Shown: positions 49,042-59,244, numbered from the stretch's first letter. The stretch is 64,000 nucleotides of DNA from Candidatus Latescibacterota bacterium (GCA_965203805.1 OZ241917.1:4928001-4992000), one strand, 5' to 3'. The notes: generated from the sequence alone by a model not told the origin. Numbers and translations: made by a program.

Positions 49042-52000
49042 ATGGCAACTGTAAGGGCGCAAAGCATGACCAACTCGATCGTCGATCGTGGATTGGTGAT
49101 CTCGCTACTGATGTTCCTCGCGCTGCATTTCGGGCTCCCGGCATCCCTCGCCGGTCAGGAATCGATAGAAGAGGAAGACCACCGTACATGGCATCTTCCC
49201 GACGGCGCGACCGCGCGCCTGGGCAGAGGCGCGATCGGATTCGGAAGCCGCGAGGTTGACGTTTCTCCGGACGGGCGAACGCTGGCCGTTGCGAGCGGCA
49301 TCGGCATCTGGTTGTACGATGAGACCACGGCCCGCACGCTGGCGCTGCTGCCGAGTTCCACCCGGGTCGCTTCGGTGTCGTTTTCACCGGATGGAAGCAC
49401 ACTGGCCACCGTGTCGGAGGATGGCACAGTACTGCTTTGGGACGTGGCCGCGCGATCGGAGACAGCGACCCTCGTTGGGCATTCGGGCAAAGTCAACGCG
49501 GCGCTGTTTTCGCCGGCAGGGAACACACTGGCTACCCCGACAGAAGATGGCACGGTGTTCTTGTGGGACGTTGCTTCCCGAACACAGTCGGGTACACTCG
49601 AAGGGCATACGGAGATTGTCACATCGATCGAGTATTCGCCGGACGGTGGCACGCTTGCCACCGCGTCGGAGGATGGCACGGTGCTGCTGTGGGACGTGAC
49701 CGCGCAGACCCGGTTCGACACGCTCGAGGGGTTTGCGGATTATGTCACGTCGCTGTCATTTTCGCGTGACGGCGGTACCCTGGCCACCGCGTCGGGCGAC
49801 AGCGCGGTGGTCCTGTGGAACCTCGTCTCGCAGACGGAGTCAGACACTCTCAAGGGCGATACCGGTGGCATCACGCTGGTCGCGTTTTCGCCGGATGCGG
49901 ACACGCTGGCCACCGCGTCGGCGGATGGCACCGTTATGCTGTGGAACCTCTCCAGACAAAGGGTGACCGAGACGCTCGACGGACATACGGACAAAGTCAC
50001 GTCGATGGTGTTTTCGAAGGACGGCGGCACATTCGCCACCGGATCGGCGGATGGCACGGTGAGATTCTGGGACGTGGCGACAGGGTATTTCGTCGCATTT
50101 GGCGGACATAAAGCCGCGATCAAGTCGGTGAGTTTTTCCCCAGACGGAGACACGCTTGCCGCCGGGTCGGCGGGAGGAGCGGTAGACCTGTGGGACCTGA
50201 GCGCACGAATGCAGTTTGGTATCCTCGCAGGGCATAGCGGAAGCGTCACTTCGCTGGCGTATGCGCCTGACGGGGACACGCTTGCCACCGCGTCGCGGGA
50301 CAGTACGGTCATTCTGTGGGACATGGCCACCCAGACGGCGGCCGCTACGTTTGAAGGGCATGGCGATGCTGTGAGTTCGGCCGCATATTCGCCGGATGGG
50401 ACCTTGCTGGCTACCGCGTCAGATGACGGCACGGTGTTGCTGTGGGAAGACGACACCCGGCGCGTGGCCGCCACCCTCGACGGGGGCGCGGTTGCCGTTG
50501 CGTCGGTCGTATTTTCGCCGGAAGGCAACGCGCTGGCCGCGGGGACGGCGGGAGGCAGGGTCATTCTGTGGGACGTGGCCTCGCGGTCACGCATGGCCGC
50601 ACTCGAAGGGCATCCAGGGAGTGTCAACACGGTCGTGTTCTCGCCCGACGGGAGTACCGTGGTCTCCGGGTCGAGCGACATGACAATCAAGCTGTGGGAC
50701 GTGGCCACGCAGTCGCAACTGGCCACCCTGCAGGGTCATACCGGCGGGGTTGGATCCCTCGATCTTTCAATGGACGGCAGCCGGCTTGCCTCCGGGTCGA
50801 ACGACAACTCCATCAAGATCTGGGACGTGAGCGCACGAACCGAGGTCGTGACGCTGCAGGGGCACACCGCCAACGTCAATTCGGTTGTATTCTCGCCGGA
50901 TCGGGTCACGCTGGTTTCCGGGTCGGAAGACGGTACCGTGCTGTTATGGGACCTGTCGGAGTGGCCGGGCCTCCGGCCGCTCTCACTGGAGATTGTCTCC
51001 GGCGACGGGCAGGAGGGCGTTCCGGGTGGTTCGCTTGCCGACTCACTTACTGTTGGAGTGAAAGACCATAATGGCGAACCCATGCCCGATGTCGCGGTGA
51101 CCTTTACGGTTTCCGCCGGACGGGGGCGGCTCAATGGCCGGTTCACAGTCCATCAGACCCGGACCGATGCGGACGGAAGCGCATCCGTCGCGCTGACGCT
51201 GGGGACACGGGTGGGCATGAACACCGTCACGGTCTCGATCGGCGGTCGTAAATCGGCGACCTTTTCCTCGGAGGGAGTGGGGACCTCCGTGGTTGCGATG
51301 GACGGCGACCCCCGAAAGTGGCGTCTGCCCGCACGTGCGACGGCACGCCTGGGCAGAGGAGCCATGGCCCGGAGTGACCGCGCGCTGGCCCTGTCCCGGG
51401 ATGGAAGTACCCTGGCCGTGGCCAGCGGCATCGGCGTGTGGCTGTACAACGTGAGCACGTCCCGCGACGCCGCGTTGTTGACGGGACCCAACGCTGTACA
51501 TTCGGTGGCATTCTCAACGTCCGGCACGCTCGCGGCCGGGTTGAACAACGGAGAGATTGAACTATGGGATTCAGGTACGGGCGCCCGCGTCGCTACTCTG
51601 AACGGACATACAGGGCCTGTGGTTTCGGTGGCATTTTCCGATGACGGGGCCATACTCGCCTCAGGCGCCGAAGACGGCACGGTCAGGCTGTGGGACATCG
51701 GCGAACAAGCCGGGGTCGCCACCCTCCGGGCGCACTCGGGGAGCGTGACGTCCATGGCATTCTCATCCGATGGGGCCACGCTGGTCACCGGCTCGGCGGA
51801 CGGTACGATCAAGCTGTGGGACGTCGACACCCGAACCGAGGCCGGCACGCTGGAAGGGCACGCGGACGGGGTCCATTCGGTGGAATTCTCGGGAGACGGA
51901 AGCACCCTTGCGGCCGGGCTGGCCGACGGTACGGTCAAGCTGTGGGACGTCGACACCCGAACCGAGACCGGCACGCTGGAAGGGCACGCGGACGGGGTCA

Positions 52001-53301
52001 GTTCGGTTGCGTTTTCGGACGGCGGGAGCACACTGGCCACCGGCTCGGCGGACGGCACGGTCAAACTGTGGGACGTCGAGATGCAAGAACTGAAGGACAC
52101 CCTGAGAGATCACGGGGCCATGGTCCATTCTGTAGCGTTCACACGCAGTGGTTCAATCCTTGCCTCAGGATCGGCGGACGGATCGGTCATCATTCGAGAC
52201 GTTGCGATGGGCAATGCCGCCAGTGTATACGGATACAGGTCTCTGTCGTCAATGACCGTTTCGCCCGATGGCGGCACGCTGGCCACAGGTTCCCGTGACA
52301 ACCGAGTGATGCTGTGGGACGTGTTGACGCGAACGGCGGTCGCGACACTGGCGGAGCATACCGATTGGGTCCGCTCATTGGCGTTTTCGCCGGACGGGAG
52401 CACGTTGGCATCCGGGTCGAGCGATCACTCCATCCGGCTGTGGGACGTGGCCATGGAAACCGCGACCGCCGCGCTTGACGGACGCAGCTGGGTCTATTCG
52501 CTGGCAATCTCCCCTGATGGTAGCACGCTTGCCGCCGGACTGCGAAATGGTACGGCGACGCTGTGGAACCTGACGACACGTGCCCAGGTCGCAATTCTCG
52601 ACGGCCATGAGCCCACGGGCGGCGTCGGCTCGGTGGCGTTTTCGCCGGACGGGAGCACGCTGGCCTCGGGGTCGAGCGACCACACGGTCAAGTTGTGGGA
52701 CGTGGGTTCGCGATCCGAGACCGCCACGCTGGCAGGACACAGTGGCTGGGTCTATTCGGTGGCGTTTTCGAGTGATGGGAGCACATTGGCTTCCGGGTCG
52801 GAGGACGGAACCGTGCGAATATGGGATGTGGACACGCACGCGGAGACCGCCACGCTGGAAGGACACAGCGGCTGGGTCTATTCGGTGGCGTTTTCGCCGG
52901 ACGACAGCACGCTGGCTTCGGGGTCGCAGGACGGAACCGTGCGAATCTGGGACGTGGAAACGCGTACGGAGACCGCCGCACTGGAAGGACACAGCGGTTG
53001 GGTCTATTCGGTAGCGTTTCTGGACGACGCGAACAGGCTGGTATCGGGATCGAGGGATGGCACGATGTTGTTGTGGAATCTATCGGCGACGGAACCACCG
53101 CCGGTGAAGCCTCCGAAGACTCCCGCGGCGGACTTCAACGATGACGGCTCGGTGGGCTTTGCCGACTTCGTGTTGTTCGCGCAACACTTCGGATTGCGGG
53201 AGGGCGATACGGGATATGACGTGAAGTACGATCTGGATGAAGACGGCGCGATCGGCTTCAGCGACTTTGTGAAATTTGCCGGCGCCTTCGGACAGGGTTA
53301 A
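49042..53301 (+). CDS. Large secreted WD40-repeat protein with central Ig-like domain and C-terminal EF-hand/dockerin-like pair
   Basis: More than 20 GH...SV.FSPDG.TLA.GS.DGTV.LWD repeats; two WxLPxxATARLGRG modules; SGDGQEG Ig-like segment; DFNDDGSVGFADF / DLDEDGAIGFSDF. Confidence 0.93.
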   Translation: MATVRAQSMTNSIVDRGLVISLLMFLALHFGLPASLAGQESIEEEDHRTWHLPDGATARLGRGAIGFGSREVDVSPDGRTLAVASGIGIWLYDETTARTLALLPSSTRVASVSFSPDGSTLATVSEDGTVLLWDVAARSETATLVGHSGKVNAALFSPAGNTLATPTEDGTVFLWDVASRTQSGTLEGHTEIVTSIEYSPDGGTLATASEDGTVLLWDVTAQTRFDTLEGFADYVTSLSFSRDGGTLATASGDSAVVLWNLVSQTESDTLKGDTGGITLVAFSPDADTLATASADGTVMLWNLSRQRVTETLDGHTDKVTSMVFSKDGGTFATGSADGTVRFWDVATGYFVAFGGHKAAIKSVSFSPDGDTLAAGSAGGAVDLWDLSARMQFGILAGHSGSVTSLAYAPDGDTLATASRDSTVILWDMATQTAAATFEGHGDAVSSAAYSPDGTLLATASDDGTVLLWEDDTRRVAATLDGGAVAVASVVFSPEGNALAAGTAGGRVILWDVASRSRMAALEGHPGSVNTVVFSPDGSTVVSGSSDMTIKLWDVATQSQLATLQGHTGGVGSLDLSMDGSRLASGSNDNSIKIWDVSARTEVVTLQGHTANVNSVVFSPDRVTLVSGSEDGTVLLWDLSEWPGLRPLSLEIVSGDGQEGVPGGSLADSLTVGVKDHNGEPMPDVAVTFTVSAGRGRLNGRFTVHQTRTDADGSASVALTLGTRVGMNTVTVSIGGRKSATFSSEGVGTSVVAMDGDPRKWRLPARATARLGRGAMARSDRALALSRDGSTLAVASGIGVWLYNVSTSRDAALLTGPNAVHSVAFSTSGTLAAGLNNGEIELWDSGTGARVATLNGHTGPVVSVAFSDDGAILASGAEDGTVRLWDIGEQAGVATLRAHSGSVTSMAFSSDGATLVTGSADGTIKLWDVDTRTEAGTLEGHADGVHSVEFSGDGSTLAAGLADGTVKLWDVDTRTETGTLEGHADGVSSVAFSDGGSTLATGSADGTVKLWDVEMQELKDTLRDHGAMVHSVAFTRSGSILASGSADGSVIIRDVAMGNAASVYGYRSLSSMTVSPDGGTLATGSRDNRVMLWDVLTRTAVATLAEHTDWVRSLAFSPDGSTLASGSSDHSIRLWDVAMETATAALDGRSWVYSLAISPDGSTLAAGLRNGTATLWNLTTRAQVAILDGHEPTGGVGSVAFSPDGSTLASGSSDHTVKLWDVGSRSETATLAGHSGWVYSVAFSSDGSTLASGSEDGTVRIWDVDTHAETATLEGHSGWVYSVAFSPDDSTLASGSQDGTVRIWDVETRTETAALEGHSGWVYSVAFLDDANRLVSGSRDGTMLLWNLSATEPPPVKPPKTPAADFNDDGSVGFADFVLFAQHFGLREGDTGYDVKYDLDEDGAIGFSDFVKFAGAFGQG

Positions 53302-53392
53302 GCCATGGCCGGGACGCCACGCCTCCGCGATGGAGACGGCTGAGTTCAAGCTGCGAACGGGATGGCGGGATTCGGTGGGGCTGGAAGTGAAA

Positions 53393-54139
53393 CTATCGGA
53401 CGATCTCGATTCGGACCACGTTCTTGACATTCGCGCACTTGTCGTCGGTTTCGGGAATGAACAGGCGGATCGGGCCGCCAAGCCGTTCGGGGAGCGGATG
53501 GCCGCCGATGCGGTAAACGAGGATGCCGTTTTCGACCGCCGTGACGAGGGAGACACGCGCAAAGAACCCTTCGTCGGCCGAATGAAAGACGACATCGCGC
53601 TCATCAACGCCTGATGCCGCGCCTCTCAGAAGCGCGGCGACGGAAACCGCGGACCCGCGCCGTCCCGGAACCAAACGGCCGACGTCTTCGATCTGCTCAG
53701 GGATCCGCAGCAGGTCACCGTACGTGAAAACCATCGGCCCGGGCAGGCATCCCTCTACTGTCAGCAACGGCGCGGTTTCGTCACTGTCCAGGCCCGACGT
53801 TGTCTGGTCAATGTAGTCATGTGCGATTTCGACCAGCCTCGGGTCGAAGCCGACAGAAGGCGCGACGTGGATTTCAATTTCCGGTTGGTCCTTGCAAAAC
53901 CTGTCCATGCGCTGCCGGATCAGACTCAGGTCCTGCTCGGCCGCCTGAAACAGGAACGGCAGGACCGTGACCCGCGCCGCGCCGCGTTTTATGCACAGGG
54001 CAAGCACCCTTTCCAGGGCCGGATGGCCTTCCAGAACGCCGGCCTCAACCGCAACGCCCCTGTGCCGCAGCGCGTCGACGACCTGAGTGAGACAGTTGTC
54101 ATCCGCGCGCGGCGCGACAAGTACCGTGGCGTGGGTCAT
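53393..54139 (-). CDS. CbiX/SirB-like domain fused to molybdopterin-oxidoreductase-like domain
   Basis: LEGHP.LE...GAARVTVLPFL..., GFDPRLV; LPERLGGPIRL...ANVKNVVRIEI. Confidence 0.65.
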   Translation of the reverse strand: MTHATVLVAPRADDNCLTQVVDALRHRGVAVEAGVLEGHPALERVLALCIKRGAARVTVLPFLFQAAEQDLSLIRQRMDRFCKDQPEIEIHVAPSVGFDPRLVEIAHDYIDQTTSGLDSDETAPLLTVEGCLPGPMVFTYGDLLRIPEQIEDVGRLVPGRRGSAVSVAALLRGAASGVDERDVVFHSADEGFFARVSLVTAVENGILVYRIGGHPLPERLGGPIRLFIPETDDKCANVKNVVRIEIVR

Positions 54140-54249
54140 CGGACTGCCTCCATCGTCAGACTGGAGTCGAGCGGACATTACGACGTTCAACGGCGCGGGC
54201 CGTTCGACGTTCTCGCGTCATTCGTGAACGCCCGGCCAAAGGTTGCGCC

Positions 54250-54384
54250 ATGACTTTCTTCGACGACCTTCCGATTCTCATTCGCATCGTCCTGTTGATT
54301 TCCTCGGCACTCATACTGGTCGTCGGCGCCGGTCTGTTCTGGCGGATGGTGAAAGCCCTGTTCGGCAGGAAAGACCGAGGCTGA
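54250..54384 (+). CDS. 44-aa single-TM small protein
   Basis: Manual translation MTFFDDLPILIRIVLLISSALILVVGAGLFWRMVKALFGRKDRG; below ORF-track cutoff. Confidence 0.55.
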   Translation: MTFFDDLPILIRIVLLISSALILVVGAGLFWRMVKALFGRKDRG

Positions 54385-54582
54385 CCCTCAGGGCGCAACG
54401 GCCTTCCCGATCTCAGCCGAAGTCGCAAGCCACTGCGACAGGCTCCCCCGAACGCGATCCCCCGGATGCGGCATCGCCGTCACCAACCAGGGGAGTCACG
54501 GTATCCACACACAAGTGTGCGTGAGTTCGACAACTTCCTGATTGTATGCCGGTTACTTGCAGTTTCGAGCCGCGAATTCGCA

Positions 54583-54864
54583 CTATCTCTCCGGTCGATT
54601 CGAAGCACCTTTCAATTCCCTTCGCGCAACGGATAGTGCCAGGACCTCCAGCGCGTTGATGAGGTAGACGTCGCGCGCGTGGCTGTCCAGGGCCTCGGCC
54701 ATCTGTTTGGCGAGCGCGGGGATGTCGGCCTCCAGATCGGCTCTCATATCGTCCCAGCCGGTCAGGCGACCATGCTTATCGCGGTATGACTCCCGCGCGG
54801 CCCGGTAGATGACCCTTGCGAGCGTGCGCGGGTCCCCGTCGAGATGGATCTGAGGTTCGCTCAT
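54583..54864 (-). CDS. Hypothetical protein
   Basis: 93 aa from MSEPQIHL; the upstream ORF extension is repeat-derived. Confidence 0.6.
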   Translation of the reverse strand: MSEPQIHLDGDPRTLARVIYRAARESYRDKHGRLTGWDDMRADLEADIPALAKQMAEALDSHARDVYLINALEVLALSVARRELKGASNRPER

Positions 54865-54898
54865 TTCAGCCTGAATCGTCTCTGGGTTGACGGTTGAG

Positions 54899-54994
54899 CC
54901 TGCCTGCAGCGCCTGTCTGCGTGCCTGCCTGCAGCGCAGGGCACTGCGCAGGCAGGCGTACACGCACAGGCAGGCAGTACGCTGCGCAGGCAGG
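54899..54994. mobile_element. Three nested CCTG...CAGG palindromic mini-elements (33+30+33 bp)
   Basis: Outer 54899-54994, middle 54912-54974, inner 54924-54956; host hairpin GCAGACA-TTCC-TGTCTGC. Confidence 0.85.
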
Positions 54995-55023
54995 CAGACA
55001 TTCCTGTCTGCCTTTATTGGTAT

Positions 55024-58000
55024 CTATGGCTCACTCGAACCGACGGGTTCGAAGCGGACGGTATCGCCGACCACGTAGTCCATGATCTGGACCCAGGCGC
55101 CGGGCGCGAGGTTTCGGAACCGGTCGCCGTCGCCCCTGATCGGATCGATCCGAACCGTCGTGCGGACCCTGCCCGGGGGCCAGGAACCGGCGTTTGACGC
55201 GTCGTCGACGACGGCCCAGTCGTCGTTCGCGCCGGTCTGGATCCGGGTACCGTTGAGATTGCCTGACTTCGCGAGGATGTGAAAGCCGAAGTCGACCCTC
55301 CCGTCTTTCGCGGCAACAACCTTCGCGCGCCCGAGCACGGAGGTGACGTCCAGCGTAAGGCGAAGGACCGGGTCACCGGCGGTCTCAACGGCCTCGACTC
55401 GGTAGCTGTGGGCGCGTTCATCGGGATTGACGGTAACGCGGTCCCCCTCGGCGATGTCATCCAGACCTTCCACGTCGATGGTACATGCCTCCCGGTTGAG
55501 AGCGACGATGCGGCCGGTCTGTTGTGCCCTCTTGACCGCGAGCGATGTCCTGGCGTTTTGAATCGAAGACGCGCCCACGGTCAGGAATTGATGACCGTCG
55601 ACCGCTATCGCCAGGGCGCCCTCCAACATGGCGCCGTCGTTAAAGGAGGTGGCGTCGCCGGGACCTGAATCGGGCGCCCAGTAAAGGGCGACCTCCCTGC
55701 CCTGCATTGTGGTCAGCCTGACGCCCGCGGCGGCGGGAGACTCCGCTGGAATGGCGACCGCTTCGGCAAGGGTCGGTTCGCCGATCCGGGGTTCGAATAC
55801 AAGATCGACGCACGTGGTATCGTCCTGCGGCGTCCGGCGCCAGAGGACCGGATGATACAGGTAGTTGGACGTTTCGGGGGTCCCCATCGCCTGGGCCGCG
55901 CGGGCGGAGAACAGACGGGTTCCGGGGGAAACGCGCAACTGATGCAGATCCAGGCGGGCGGCGGGCTCCGCCAGCGATTGCCAGGTCCCGCTGAAGGCCG
56001 GCGGCGCCGGGCCGGTCGCCACGTCGTCCATGTATGCCAGAGCGGTATGGTCGGGGTGCGGCAGGTCGCTGGTCTCACCGCGTTCGATATGAGGTCCGGC
56101 GACGGTTCCGGTTTGCGGCGAGAGTCCCGCGCTGTCCGACTGGAATATGCCTTCCAGCCCCCGGCACGTACGCCAGTGATTCGTGCCTCCCGCGATCCGT
56201 GAAAGGTCGATGAGGGCGACGCCGTCGCCGTCGGTCTCCACGAGGGCGATGAGGCGGCGGAAAGCGACACCGAGCCTGCGCCATCCCCGCGACTCCTCAT
56301 GCGTCCAGCGGTGCGCCTCGACATCCAGGACCTGTACGCCGTCCGCAAAGAGGCTGCGCACCAGGCGCCCCCGGCCGGCGCTGACGGGTTCGCCCGGGGG
56401 CAGGTCGGACCAGACCGTGTTGTGGGTAGCCCAGTGAGATTCCCATGGGGACATGCTGGCCCATGACTGCGGGTACCCAAGGTCGGTCAGAAACGGACGC
56501 TCGAAAGCGAACAACTGCACGTCCAGAAGGTCCCGGTGGCGGTGGTGGAGCGTATCACCGTACACGATGCCGGCCGCGGCGCGCTCAGGGGTGCCGTGTG
56601 TGCGGAGAATCGCGATGCCGACTCCGTCGTGGACTGTAGGGCCGAGTTTACGGTGCCGCCGGTCTTCAACGGCCGATTGAATTTCGTGCACCAGCGGATC
56701 ATCCGTGAAGGCCGCGGCTCGATTGAGAAGACTCGGGTCCATCGGCGGATGAAAGAGGTCGTTTTCAAGACGGATGGTACCCTCTCCCTTGAAGCCGGCC
56801 GAACCCGGAGCGGACCCGTCGCCAAACTGGAAATAGGACTTGCCGCACATCGTGATTTCGTGCAGCGCCCGCGGCACGTGCGAGGCCCTCCGATCTTCGA
56901 AGAGCGAAGGGTAGTCGGACTCGGGGTATGCCCCCGGTTGCCCTGCGCGCAGTCTTCGAAGGTGGTGTTCCAGATCGAACAATCCGTCGCTGTGGATGGC
57001 GTTATAGCCTCCGGTGGCCTCCTGTGGCGTGCCGTCCGGGAAGAAGTCGTTCGTGGTGAACACCCGCAGCGTGTCCGGTCCCTCGTCGTAGACCCAATCC
57101 ATCACGTCCCGCGCGTCGGGGCGGTTCAGGCAGCGCAGGACAATGAGCGCCCCCTGGCTTTCCCTTGGAAGGTTGCTGGATGCGCCCCTGTCCAGCGTGA
57201 CCTGGAGCAGTGCGGCCAGCATTTCTTCCGTCAGCTGGCAGACGTCGCCGGGGGTCTGCACGGAAAGGCCCATGCACTGCGCCCGTTCGACGAGTTCGCG
57301 GTCCTCCCTCATCAGCGGCCAGACCGTATCGTAGGCCAGCGCGAGGCATTCGATCAGATACGGCGTGTCGATGCTGTAACGGATGCTGCCCTTGGCCCGA
57401 AGCGCCTGGACCGGGTCCGGCTCGTCGGCCCAGTCCGGCTGGCCCCAGTCCCAGGGTTCTTCCACGCCTTTCGACGGACCGTAGCGGAACTGTGGTACGG
57501 AGGCCAGGTAGAGCTCTTCCTCCGCATAGCGTAGCAGAAGCAGTCCGAGTTGCCTCGCGCGGGCTTCGTCGAACCCGCCCGCGCGAAGCGCGTTCGTCAT
57601 CGCGGCGATTCCCGAATTGAAGCTGCGGCATTGGTCCCGGTGATAGGTGGCGGCGAAGAGGTAAATGTGGCCTTCGGCGTCGAAATAGCCGTACCCGTCA
57701 TCGGGACATTCGCCCGAGATGTAGTCTTCGTCCGCCAGGTCATTGCTCGGATAGACCGAGCCGCAGTTGGGACATACTGACTTGAAGTCGCACGGATGGT
57801 GGTTGCGCACCCAGGGATAGAAACCGCTGTATTTGAAAATCGCTGTACCGCAGTTCGGACAGCCCTGGTGGCAGTTGGCGAAGTGGGCCTTGGGAAGTTC
57901 CGCCCCGGGAAGCTGCGCCCAAAGGACCTCATCCGACTGCGAGGCCCACCAGGCGGCGGTCTCGTCGTTGACATGCTCCGATACGGGTTCGTCCTGCAGG

Positions 58001-58347
58001 GTCTGCCGCGTTTTTGTCGGCCGGTAATTCTTCTCCAGAGGCCAGCGGCGGGGCCACCATGCGCCGTTGTAGACGTGCGGCCGGCGCAGATCGTCCAGGG
58101 TGCGCACGCGGATGGTTGTTTCCGCGGACTTGCCGCCGTGCGTTGCGCGGATCGCATAATCGCCGGCCCGGCCGGGAGACCGAAGATAGTGGTAGACGGC
58201 GCCCTCCCGATCGGACCACCTCGTGGCGGTCGTCTCGAAGTGATCCGCCGAGAGATTGACGTTTTCGTCCTTCGCCTGAACGGGCAGGCGGAAGCTGCGT
58301 CCGGGCAGAATGACCCTGGGACGCCAGGGGATTGCGGGATCCGACAT
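55024..58347 (-). CDS. Heparinase II/III-like large protein
   Basis: N-terminal CPNC..CPNC, DDGYGY, EATGGYN, HHRHRDLLDVQLFAF..LTDLGYP, THNTV. Confidence 0.75.
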   Translation of the reverse strand: MSDPAIPWRPRVILPGRSFRLPVQAKDENVNLSADHFETTATRWSDREGAVYHYLRSPGRAGDYAIRATHGGKSAETTIRVRTLDDLRRPHVYNGAWWPRRWPLEKNYRPTKTRQTLQDEPVSEHVNDETAAWWASQSDEVLWAQLPGAELPKAHFANCHQGCPNCGTAIFKYSGFYPWVRNHHPCDFKSVCPNCGSVYPSNDLADEDYISGECPDDGYGYFDAEGHIYLFAATYHRDQCRSFNSGIAAMTNALRAGGFDEARARQLGLLLLRYAEEELYLASVPQFRYGPSKGVEEPWDWGQPDWADEPDPVQALRAKGSIRYSIDTPYLIECLALAYDTVWPLMREDRELVERAQCMGLSVQTPGDVCQLTEEMLAALLQVTLDRGASSNLPRESQGALIVLRCLNRPDARDVMDWVYDEGPDTLRVFTTNDFFPDGTPQEATGGYNAIHSDGLFDLEHHLRRLRAGQPGAYPESDYPSLFEDRRASHVPRALHEITMCGKSYFQFGDGSAPGSAGFKGEGTIRLENDLFHPPMDPSLLNRAAAFTDDPLVHEIQSAVEDRRHRKLGPTVHDGVGIAILRTHGTPERAAAGIVYGDTLHHRHRDLLDVQLFAFERPFLTDLGYPQSWASMSPWESHWATHNTVWSDLPPGEPVSAGRGRLVRSLFADGVQVLDVEAHRWTHEESRGWRRLGVAFRRLIALVETDGDGVALIDLSRIAGGTNHWRTCRGLEGIFQSDSAGLSPQTGTVAGPHIERGETSDLPHPDHTALAYMDDVATGPAPPAFSGTWQSLAEPAARLDLHQLRVSPGTRLFSARAAQAMGTPETSNYLYHPVLWRRTPQDDTTCVDLVFEPRIGEPTLAEAVAIPAESPAAAGVRLTTMQGREVALYWAPDSGPGDATSFNDGAMLEGALAIAVDGHQFLTVGASSIQNARTSLAVKRAQQTGRIVALNREACTIDVEGLDDIAEGDRVTVNPDERAHSYRVEAVETAGDPVLRLTLDVTSVLGRAKVVAAKDGRVDFGFHILAKSGNLNGTRIQTGANDDWAVVDDASNAGSWPPGRVRTTVRIDPIRGDGDRFRNLAPGAWVQIMDYVVGDTVRFEPVGSSEP

Positions 58348-58407
58348 GGCGACCTTCCTCGGTAAAGGGAGACTGACGTTTGGGCGAGCTCGATTACGGG
58401 CTTGAGT

Positions 58408-59244
58408 TCACACCGCCATTTTGGCCTTGACGGCCGCGTGGCAGCGGTAGTTGACTAGCCGGAAGTCGTCGTACGCGAAGTCGTCGATGGTCTTCTGGCC
58501 GCGGTCCTCTATACGAAGGAGCGGGAGCGGATACGGGTCGCGCGACAACTGTTCCCTGACCGCGTCCAGGTGGTTCAGATAGATGTGGGCATCGGCCAGC
58601 GTGTGGATGAATTCACCGGGTTCGAGACGGGTGATTCTGGCCACCATATGCAACAGGAGTGAATAGGAGGCGATATTGAGCGGCACCCCCAGAAACATGT
58701 CGCAGGACCTCTGGTACATCAACAGGGAAAGTCTGCCTTCCGCAACGTAGAACTGGAAGAAGGAGTGGCAGGGAGGAAGGGCGACGTCGTCGGGCGCGAC
58801 TTCGGCGGCATTCCACGCGTTCACGATCATGCGCCTGGAGTCGGGGCTGCTGCGGATCAGGTCGATGGCTTCCCGCAGCTGGTCCACGGTCCGTTCCGCC
58901 CCGCGCCATTTCCGCCACTGGACGCCGTAGATGCGTCCCATCGAGCCGCTGTTTTCGCGCAGGCCGAGTCTGTTGAGGTAGTCCCGATAGTTGCCGTCCC
59001 AGAGTCTGTTGTAGGGATAGATCCTCTTGAGGTCGTTTATATTGTCGGATCCCGAAATGAACCATAGCAACTCTGAGAGCATGGATTTCCACACGAGCTT
59101 TTTCGTGGTAACGGCCGGGAATCCGTCTCTCATGTCGTACCGCGCGTGCAGGCCGAAACAGGAGATCGTGCCGACCCCCGTCCGGTCCTCTTTCGTGACG
59201 CCGTGGTCCATGATATATTTGAGTTGATCGAGGTATTGTCTCAT
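58408..59244 (-). CDS. thyA: Thymidylate synthase
   Basis: DRTGVGT, ELLWFISG, ALPPCH, YQRSCDMFLGVPLNIASY, DAHIYLNH. Confidence 0.97.
   Translation of the reverse strand: MRQYLDQLKYIMDHGVTKEDRTGVGTISCFGLHARYDMRDGFPAVTTKKLVWKSMLSELLWFISGSDNINDLKRIYPYNRLWDGNYRDYLNRLGLRENSGSMGRIYGVQWRKWRGAERTVDQLREAIDLIRSSPDSRRMIVNAWNAAEVAPDDVALPPCHSFFQFYVAEGRLSLLMYQRSCDMFLGVPLNIASYSLLLHMVARITRLEPGEFIHTLADAHIYLNHLDAVREQLSRDPYPLPLLRIEDRGQKTIDDFAYDDFRLVNYRCHAAVKAKMAV

Noticed and set aside
51799-53010. WD40 DNA repeats as a DGR template/variable repeat pair
   Set aside because: They are in-frame tandem blades, no reverse transcriptase is present, and there is no separate non-coding template copy.
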